From Proteromonas lacertae (Eukaryota): a DNA stretch of 64,000 nucleotides. Position 1 is the stretch's first letter; the number at the start of each line of letters is the position of its first letter. The notes beneath the pieces are model-generated. The model ran no database searches, was not told the origin of the DNA, and saw only the letters and a list, made by a program, of their open reading frames with translations. Position numbers and translations under genes: made by a program. Below are positions 51,901 to 61,152 of the stretch, piece by piece. Location: NCBI GenBank assembly GCA_002245135.1, contig NGBS01000304.1:124001-188000 (forward strand), in the 5' to 3' direction.

Positions 51901-53958
51901 ACTGTTATTATCCTTCATTTTCTTTTCTGTTTCTTTTTTATTAAACATCTCCTTTAACTCAACAAGTGTTGGAAGTTTCAATTTATTTTCACTTTTATTT
52001 TCATCTTTTTTCATTTTCAATAAACTATTCTCTTTCGCTAATTCATGATTATTTTTAGCCAAATCATTTATTTCTCTTTCTTTCTTTTCTATAATGTTAT
52101 TTAGATCATCAATTTTATATTCTAATTCTTTTAATTCTTTCCCATTGTTATTACTGTTGAAAAATACATTTTCTTCTTTTATTTTTTTGTCATTCATCTT
52201 TTCATCATCTAACTTCTTCTTTAACTCAATAATTGTTTTATTCAACTCGATAACTCTGTTATTTAAACTATCATTATCATCTTCTAACATTTCATTAAGT
52301 TCTTTCATTTCTTGTAGATCTTTTTCTAGTTGCTTTACTCTATCTTCTTTTTCTTCTATTTCTGTGTTATTATTATTATTTTGTTGCTTATTTTCATTTT
52401 CTAATTTAACTTTCTTTTCTTCTTCATCATCATCGTCTAATAAAATCTCTTCTTCTTCTGAATCATCACTTGAATTGCTTTGATTTTTATTCTTTTCTAC
52501 CGTTTCTTCTTCATTTTCTAATGGAATTTCTTCTTCATCATCGCTTGAATTATCATTTTCTTCTTCTATTTTTGCTACTTCTTTTTCTAATGTAGTTTCA
52601 TTAACATTCTTCATCTCTTCACTCTCTTTATTCTCTTTTTCCACTTTCAACATGTTTAGCTCTTCTTTTAAATCTTCATTCTCTGATTTTAATGTCTTTA
52701 TTTCTTCCTTTAATTCATTCATTAATTTTTCATAATTATCATCTTTATTTTCTTCTTTCATAATATCACTTTCACTGTTCAATTCATTCATCATCTCATC
52801 ACTATTTTCATTAACTATTCTCAACTTTTCTTCTAATTCACTATTAGATGGCATATTTTCAGCTTGAACACTTTCAAGCCTATGTAATTTCTCTTTCAAT
52901 TTCTTACAATTCAAACATTCATCTTCATTATCTGTTTTGTCATTATCTTCTTCATTTGAAATATAGACATCTTCATTTGTCATTTCATAATTTTCTCTGT
53001 ATTGTGACATTTTATTTTTCATATTCTCTAACTCAGTGTATAACATATGTACTACAGATTTAGACACTGTTTTCATTGTACTAAACTGTTTATCATATTG
53101 AGAATATATTAAATTCTCCTTCAATTCATACTGATGCTTATATAAATCAAATTGAAGTTGTACTTTATAGTTATCCATCTTCAATGATTCATTCTCTTTT
53201 GATATATAAGACAATTTCTTTTCATAACTACTAATAGTTTCATTAATTGTCTTTTCGTGATCTTTTATAGTCTTTTCTGATAATTTCTCTGTTTCTTTAA
53301 ATTTTGAGATAATTTCATTCAATCTTTTTATCTCACTCTCTTTATTTAACGATTCAAGTTCTAAAGCTCGAATATCGGCTTGAAGCTTTTTCACTTTTTC
53401 ATCTTTTTCTTTACATAAATCACAAGCATATGGTAAACTTTTATCATAAGTGATGGTGAATTGTAAATGATTAGCTTTATCATTCATTACTTTAACAATT
53501 GAGTCAAGGTTTGCTGTTGATATTTTCGATGGAATTTGATTCAATTCTTTCTTGTATTCTTCTAGACTTTTCTTTGTTACATCAACTTCTCCAATTCGTC
53601 CTGAAATGAAAGATAACAAGTTATCCACTTCAATAGTTTCACCTGTGTATGTAAGATCAGAATATTTGTTTGAAATAACCTCATTGTATTTCTCTTCATA
53701 AAGTTGTTTTTCTGACTCTAGACGCTTGATTGTTCTAAGGAACTTTCGTTTTTCTTGTTCGAACTGTCTTGTAACTTTTTTTAATTCCTCAGTTTGTTGA
53801 ACAACCACTAATTTGTATTGCTGTGTTTGTAAATATGGATCAGTGATGTCTGGTGATATGTATTTCACATAATCAGGAATGGCTCCAAATCCCTATAATT
53901 AAAGATAAAAAAAAATAAATACTGTATCCAGGCTAGACTTTGTCTGCTGATCACTCAT
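30909..53958 (-). CDS. Giant (about 7,600 aa) Glu/Lys/Asn-rich coiled-coil protein with two tandem-repeat arrays and a C-terminal FYVE-like zinc finger; broken by probable assembly frameshifts
   Basis: ATG at 53958, intron 53893-53922. Consecutive same-strand ORFs abut at single-base homopolymer indels, which are absent from intact repeat copies where comparison is possible. Introns 31164-31195 and 30999-31028 add an 8-Cys domain; TAA at 30909. Confidence 0.75.
32190..39120. repeat. Tandem array of a 2502-nt (834-aa) unit, about 2.8 copies
   Basis: Identical antisense ORFs at 32193/34695 and 33204/35706 (offset 2502). Third copy at about 37190-39120. Confidence 0.93.
41640..51750. repeat. 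Tandem array of a 342-nt (114-aa) unit, about 27 near-identical copies in four blocks, each preceded (in coding direction) by a repeated spacer of about 280 nt
   Basis: Identical antisense ORFs recur every 342 nt. Spacers at about 43090-43370, 44270-44510, 49200-49480 and 51430-51715. Confidence 0.95.
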
Positions 53959-54203
53959 TTTGATTATATATTTGTATTAAAACACTCACTTACTAAGATT
54001 CAAATGAAATGAGATTTTATTACAAATCAAGCCTAATTAATTCGTTTCATTTCTTTTTTTCTATTTTTCTCATACTGCATTGTAATAATCAACATTATTT
54101 TGTGTTTATGGTTAATAACTAACTTAAATAAATATAAAAATATTTAAAAATAAAGCATAATGAGAATTATCAATAATTTTCATAATGATATAAATTCTAA
54201 TAA

Positions 54204-55176
54204 TTACTTTGAAAATAATAAAGCATCTAATGAATCAGTTAGATCTTCACAATTCTTACCTTCCTCAGGAGTTTCTCTCTCTAAATCTCTAACAGTCTTC
54301 AATATCTCAGTAAATTCAGGTCGAGCATCAGGATTGTAATTCCAGCACTACAAAAATATATAAGTTTCTACTTATACTCTTTGAATTAACAAACTCAATT
54401 CTACAGGGCAGCCATGCAATTTCTTAGTGTCAGGATGTGATCCTTCGTTTAATAATTCCTTAATTCTCTTTGGATCAATACCTTCGAATGGGATTTGTCT
54501 TGCAAATATTTCCCACATAAATAATCCATAAGCGTATACATCTACTTTGTGATTGAATGGTTTTTCATTTAGTAATTCAGGTGCCATATAGCATGGAGTA
54601 CCAATCAAAGCATTAGGATTATTACATAAACCAAAATCACATAATTTCAAATGCCAATCATCTGTTAATAAGACATTTCTTGTTTTTAAATCACGATGAA
54701 TAATCTTTGGTGAAAATGAATGGAGGTACTGAAATGCTGATGCAATATCTACACAGAAATTCAATAATAATTTGGTTGAAAGTTTATCGTTGTTTGTGTA
54801 TAATATATCATATAAACTACAGTTTAACAGTTCCATTACATAACACATTTTTGGTGGTTTGATATGTGCTCCAATCAAAGAAATGCAATTAGGGTTACGT
54901 AGACGAGCCATTACATATAACTCATCTAAAAACTCCTTTTTTGCTTCTTCTGAAACCTATTACATTGTTACAAAGAGAAAATACGTGAGGATCAAAAATC
55001 AACTTGACAGCGACTGGCTTTCCTTTATATTTGCCTTCATGAACAATAGCATAACCTCCACCTCCGATTTGTTGGTTGATTTCCAACTCATTTAAATCTA
55101 TTTCAGCCCAGTTGTCTATACCATTCTATATATTTTTTAAAATACCTCCCATTGCATTCTTTGAATCGTATGACAT
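54204..55176 (-). CDS. TKL-group protein kinase, 3 introns
   Basis: IGGGGYAIV, VAVK, HRDLKTRN, DFG, GTPCYMAPE, DVYAYG, CWNYNPDARPEF. Confidence 0.93.
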
Positions 55177-55274
55177 CTTTTATTGACAATTTAATAAAAT
55201 TGATTTTTGAAATTGAAATTTGAAACTGATCGAACTTTAGCAGATCGTGAACTTACTTTTATTTTTCGTAAAAA

Positions 55275-55760
55275 ATGGTTAGTATATTGAGTCATTTAAA
55301 ATCTTATTCTACCACAAAGATATTAACTGTGAAAAATACTAAGATTGTATGGTTATTATCCATTTTTGATGTAGGGATGGCTACATATCTTTTTTCAGCT
55401 TGCTGTCTTTGCATATATCATTGTATGGCAAGTAATCATATCGAAAGGATATCAGAGAAGAGAAGAATTTCATGGTATATGTCTAAATTACTGAAATAGG
55501 TTCCTCTGATATAAAGGTAAAGGGAAACTCACTTAATCGACAAGGTGAGCTTTATGATACTTATGAAATTGTGAATCCACCATTCGTATAACAAATTGAA
55601 ATATTACTGTTAAATAGGAAATAAACGGAGCATTTATAACAACCAACTTTATAAAAACCGGCCCACAGAGAAAAGGTGTATGTTTTGGTAATGAGACGGT
55701 ATTAGCACCTCCAGCAGAAGTAAGTGAAGCATGTATAGATCATAAATGTGAAAAAGGAAA

Positions 55761-55798
<38 letters not shown>

Positions 55799-56756
55799 AA
55801 ATAAATAAATAGAATAACAACACATGGAATAACTACAGGAATTTGTAATACAACAGAATGGGGAAATGAAATGTGTGAAATAAGAGCTTGGTGTCCTTTA
55901 GAACCACCAGAACCAAGTGGGGAAAATATATTGGATAATGTATAATATATTATAATATTATTAAAATAGACAGCTAATTTCACCTTATTAATCAGAGTAG
56001 ATGGTGTATTTCCATCCTATCCAGAACATCCAGTAAGTAATGGTGAAAGTTCAGATTTAAGATGGAATTATAATTTATTTTATCTCAGTGATTTAGTTGC
56101 TGCAGCTTGTCAACCAAATGTGAAATTAAGTCCATCTGTTCCTATTAGTTCTCAACCAAAAAGATTACCTTTGTCTTATCATAGAGATATATTGAATAAA
56201 GGAATTGTACTGTTGTTAGATGTGAATTATGATTGTAATTTAGATAGAAGATGGTCAAAGTATTATATTTAATTATTTATTTATTTAATAGATGTTTACC
56301 AACATTTGATGTGAATAGAATTGATGTTGAAGATGGTATTTCTAGTGGATTTATATCTTTTTTTTAATCATTTTATTTTTTCTTAATTTTATTTCTTTCT
56401 GTACAATTATCGATATACTAGTTATTATTATCAGAATGATACGAGAGTGAGGGATTTATTCAAACTGTTTGGAGTTCATGTATTAGTGAATATTGCTGGA
56501 GTTGGTAGACAGTATAGGTTTATTTATCCATTCATATAGTTTTGATTTAGTACAGACTATGATTACTATCAGCACAGGTGTTGGATTACTTTCTATTGCA
56601 GTAATCTTGACTGATTTTATATTGGAATATTTCCATAGTAAGAAAGATGTGTTTGAGAAACATAAATATGATTATTTAGATTATGCAGGAAATGAGTTAG
56701 AGAATAAGAAGAATAATCGTAAAAATTTGATAGAAGATGATGAAGGATATATATAA
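55275..56756 (+). CDS. P2X ATP-gated ion channel, about 8 introns including one AT-AC
   Basis: YSTTK, TM1, KGYQ, IKVKG, CEIRAWCP, SSGF|NYRY, RDLFKLFG and TM2 (FDLVQTMITISTGVGLLSIAVILTDFIL). Confidence 0.9.
56353..56404 (+). other. U12-type AT-AC intron (52 nt)
   Basis: ATATCTTT...TTTCTTAAT...CTGTAC. Removal restores the conserved P2X motif SSGFNYRY. Confidence 0.9.
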
Positions 56757-57468
56757 TCTTTCATTTATAATACATATTATATTGAGTTAATAATCGATAA
56801 ATATTATTATATTGTGATTTTATAGGGTTTTTAATTATTTGGTTTTTCTAAACTTTTGACAAAATAACCCCAAATATTTAAAATTCTTTTTTTGTTTCAT
56901 GTATCACTTATTTTATAGTGCATATTATTCTCAAAATATTATGTTATTTATAGAATTTTATTAATGGTTTTACAGGAGATTTTGAGAAGATAATCAAATT
57001 ACATTGTTGTAGATTAAATTGCATTTGTGTATTTAAATACATATAGATACAATAAAATTAACTATTAATTTACAATGTAATAAACATTATATACACATCA
57101 AAATCCTCAATTATTCGAATCTATTTTGGAAAGTAACAAGTCAAAATAGATATAAAATTTACACTACTCATTATTATGCGAATAAAGCAATTATATTATC
57201 ATATTTAGTGTTTTTAATGGTGTACAACTCAGAATGAAGGGATATGAGGGTTTTGGGTCATTTTGTTGTAGAGTGATAATAGTGTGATAATATGTGGAGA
57301 GTAGATACTTATAAAATATGTTGATATAATATTTGTGGTTAAAATCTTTGTAATACATCTGTAACACCCTTAACTGAGAGAATATATAAAAATGTCGTTA
57401 TTTTGTAAAGCATTTTTATTGGATGATTTTCATAATTTCAGTTGATCACAATAAAAATTTCACAAAAT

Positions 57469-59860
57469 ATGAAAACAATATTTTTGAGTATATTAGTGAA
57501 TATTTTGTACTGCAATAGTTTTGCTTATTGTTTTGAGCGTTAGTGGAAGTAGTTCAAACCATTTGAGTTTTGTTTTATAAGATTTATTTATTTTAGGAAG
57601 ATTAGCAACAACAGAAGCAGTTCCAACAGGAACTGTAATTAAGTTTACTTCAACTGATAGTAAAAGTGCAAAAACTACATATTTAGTAAGTGATGATGTA
57701 GTTGTAGCTCAAGTAGGAAGTGTAGATAAATACATTGTTTATACAGTATCTAAGAAAGATTCAACAACAAATCCAACAAAAGGAAGTGTTTATACTTTAG
57801 CATTAGAAAAAACATTAAGTGGAGAATGTAGTGGTTCTAGTAATTCCAAAACATTAAAGAAATGTAGTGATATGACTACTCCAACACATTGTCCAACTGG
57901 AAATTCAGATACTGGTATATAACATATGATTATAATAATGAATAGTAAAAACTATAACAATTATTTATACTCCACCAACATCGGCAGTAGCAAGAGATAG
58001 TATATTATCTACAACTGCAGGCATAGTAGAAGTAACAGGTGAATATGTTGATAAAACTGATAATGTATTTGTTGTTGATTCAGATAGTGCAGTAGAATTA
58101 GTTGATGATGGTATTGATAAAATATTATTAATATTTAAATAGTAAAAACAACAACAAATGCTGAATTAGTAAAATATCAAAAAGGTACTTTTTGTGAAAT
58201 AACACCACCAACAAAGCCAGTTCCAGAAGGAGCAATAATTCAGTTCAAAGTAGGAAGTGCAGGAAATGAATATACCTATTATATAAGTGACAATTCCTTA
58301 TTGATTAAGAAAGATGAAAATAATTATATTGTTTATACAGCTAGTAAAAGTGAATTAACAGATAAAACTGGAAGTAGTTATAGTTTGAAGTTAGAAAAAG
58401 AAAAGAGTGGAACATGTACAGCTGAAAAGACATTAACAGCATGTAGTTTAATAACTAAATCTCCTGATTTCTGTCCAGCTACAGGTAGTGAATGTATAAT
58501 ATATAAATAATATATAATATAAATAGTAACAAAAATCGAAGTAAAATATACAGCTGGTGCTGATGCTGCAGCTGCAGGTACAGTAGAAATAACATTTACA
58601 CCTGCTGTTTCTTTAATTGCAGATGTAAAAACAGTTACTTTAAAATCATCATCTGATGGATATACTACTTTAAAAGAGATGATAAGTAAATATGTTGATG
58701 GTAGTTACTGTAAACCAGCAACACCAACTACAACAGTAGTTCCAGAAGGAGCAATAATTCAGTTCAAAGTAGGAAGTGCAGGAAATGAATATACCTATTA
58801 TATAAGTGACAATTCCTTATTGATTAAGAAAGATGAAAATAATTATATTGTTTATACAGCTAGTAAAAGTGAATTAACAGATAAAACTGGAAGTAGTTAT
58901 AGTTTGAAGTTAGAAAAAGAAAAGAGTGGAACATGTACAGCTGAAAAGACATTAACAGCATGTAGTTTAATAACTAAATCTCCTGATTTCTGTCCAGCTA
59001 CAGGTAGTGAATGTATAATATATAAATAATATATAATATAAATAGTAACAAAAATCGAAGTAAAATATACAGCTGGTGCTGATGCTGCAGCTGCAGGTAC
59101 AGTAGAAATAACATTTACACCTGCTGTTTCTTTAATTGCAGATGTAAAAACAGTTACTTTAAAATCATCATCTGATGGATATACTACTTTAAAAGAGATG
59201 ATAAGTAAATATGTTGATGGTAGTTACTGTAAACCAGCAACACCAACTACAACTATAACTCCATCGGTTATTCCATCTGATAAAATTGTAAAAGAGAATG
59301 TAACTCTGACATCATCAACAGCTACTCATCTATTTGCTTCTGATAGAATATATGTACTAGCTGGAAATCTTCAATTGGTTGTTGAATGTGAGAGAGAAAA
59401 TAGTATAATTCTTTGAATATATTATATAATATATATAGAAGATAATAATTATACTGTTTATAAAGTTAAAAAGAATGCAGATGATAAAGTTGTAATAGAT
59501 GCAGGAAAGTCAGGTGCAATTGATGGAAGTAAATTAGCAAATGAAGAATTTGCTTGTCAATTGCCAGTTAAGTTTGTTTCATTAACTTATATTACAAGCC
59601 ATTGTGAAAGTCAAGAAGCTCAGAATGTCACTAATGATTTGAATGAAATGATTGATGATTTCTTGAAAGAAACTCAATATTCATTTACTAAAGATACAGA
59701 AACAAATGATGTGTATTTCTATAATGATAAGACAGTTGGTGATAAATATGGTGTAGTTGTTAGTGAATCTGAATCTGGAATTCATAAGCTGGAAGATGGA
59801 TCAATCAGATCAGTTCCAATTGTTATTGCTTTATTAGCAGTTATTTTACCGTTAATTTAG
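57469..59860 (+). CDS. Secreted/surface protein with signal peptide, repeated Cys-containing Thr/Val-rich domains and hydrophobic C-terminus (possible GPI signal), about 7 introns
   Basis: Spliced MKTIFLILLIVLSVSG...HLRRLA. Ends SVPIVIALLAVILPLI-stop. Confidence 0.7.
58219..59253 (+). repeat. 519-nt intragenic tandem duplication including an intron
   Basis: 58219-58734 matches 58738-59253 by eye, including the intron GTATAATATATAAATAATATATAATATAAATAG. Confidence 0.92.
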
Positions 59861-60030
59861 ACAGTATGAGATTTATTACTCTCAATCTACAAATTTATCT
59901 ATCTGTTTTGGGTTGAAATAAACTAAATAATTCATCCATACATAATATAATAAGCAATATTCATTATAAATATACTTATTTAGCTATACTTAATATTTCA
60001 GTTGATTGATGTTATTGTGATAAGCAAAAT

Positions 60031-61086
60031 ATGCCATCAAGATCTTTACTCACTAGAAAAGAAGAAAAATTATTTCATTATATCAAAAGGGGTAATTATG
60101 AAAAATTTACGCATTTATTATCGGAAAGACAAAATTTAGATATATTATCAATAGTAAAAAAGTATAATACCTATTTATGGCGTAGACATGGTAATACCTT
60201 ACTGCATTACAGTTGTAAGTATAATTCATCACCAATTCTGCTCTACTTACTTAAAAGAGTTAAAGATATAGATATAAAAAATGATAAAGGTGAAAATGCT
60301 CTTCAAATAGCAACTAAATATAAAAATGTGGAATTATGTAAGATTCTTTTATCCAAAGGGGCAGATTTTCGAATAACAAATAAAGAAGGTAAATGTGCTT
60401 TAGATTATGGATTAGATAAGATTGTTGGTATTTTATTTTTGTATAATTGTTAGATTTATCTCCATATTTACCACATGAAGAAAGTATTGATGAAGAATAC
60501 AATCCTTTTATATATGATAGTGATGAAGAAGGTAATGAAAACTCAGATTGGTTTTTTGAAGAAAATTATGATAGTTATAATACATGTAGAAATAAAAACG
60601 AATTTAAAAGGAAAATATTAACGGAATGGGAAGAAGAAATGAGGAGAATAGAAGAAGAAAAGAGAGAAAGAAAGATAATAGAAAAGATAAAATATAATAA
60701 TGAAAGTAAAGCAATAAATGATACTATGAATATATACAAGAATATACAAAAGAATAATGAAATGAGATGGTTGAAATTCATTAATTCTAGTCCAAAATAT
60801 TTAAGAATAGAGAATATTCCATTTCCTAGAGGTGTATCAAGTGATGAAAAGAATATATTAGGAATAAGTAAGGTAATGAATAGAAAAGAAATAAAGAAAA
60901 TAGTATTTATTGGTTTATTATTTATTTCATTAATAGATATATGAAAATCAAATAAGATGGCATCCTGATAAGTTTGAAAGAAGATTTAATGATTTATTGA
61001 ATGAAGAGAATAGAGAAGAAATAATGAATAAAGTAAAAGAAACTTCACAAATAATAAATAAACTAAAAAGTGATTATTTAAAATAA
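60031..61086 (+). CDS. NFKBIL1-like ankyrin-repeat protein
   Basis: Ankyrin repeats (GNTLLHYSC, GENALQIAT), then IPFP and a spliced last exon with IRWHPDKFERRF. Confidence 0.8.
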
Positions 61087-61152
61087 TATTTCCTTTTTTC
61101 TTTTTTTCTGTAAAAACAAAAATAAACAATAATCATGTAATTAAATATAATT

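Noticed and set aside
31344..52483. Many plus-strand Phe/Ser-rich ORFs
   Set aside because: They are antisense shadows of Glu/Lys/Asn codons on the minus strand.
55761..55791. (AT)n tracts here and near 25722 as functional elements
   Set aside because: They are simple microsatellite expansions of the GTATAT intron start.
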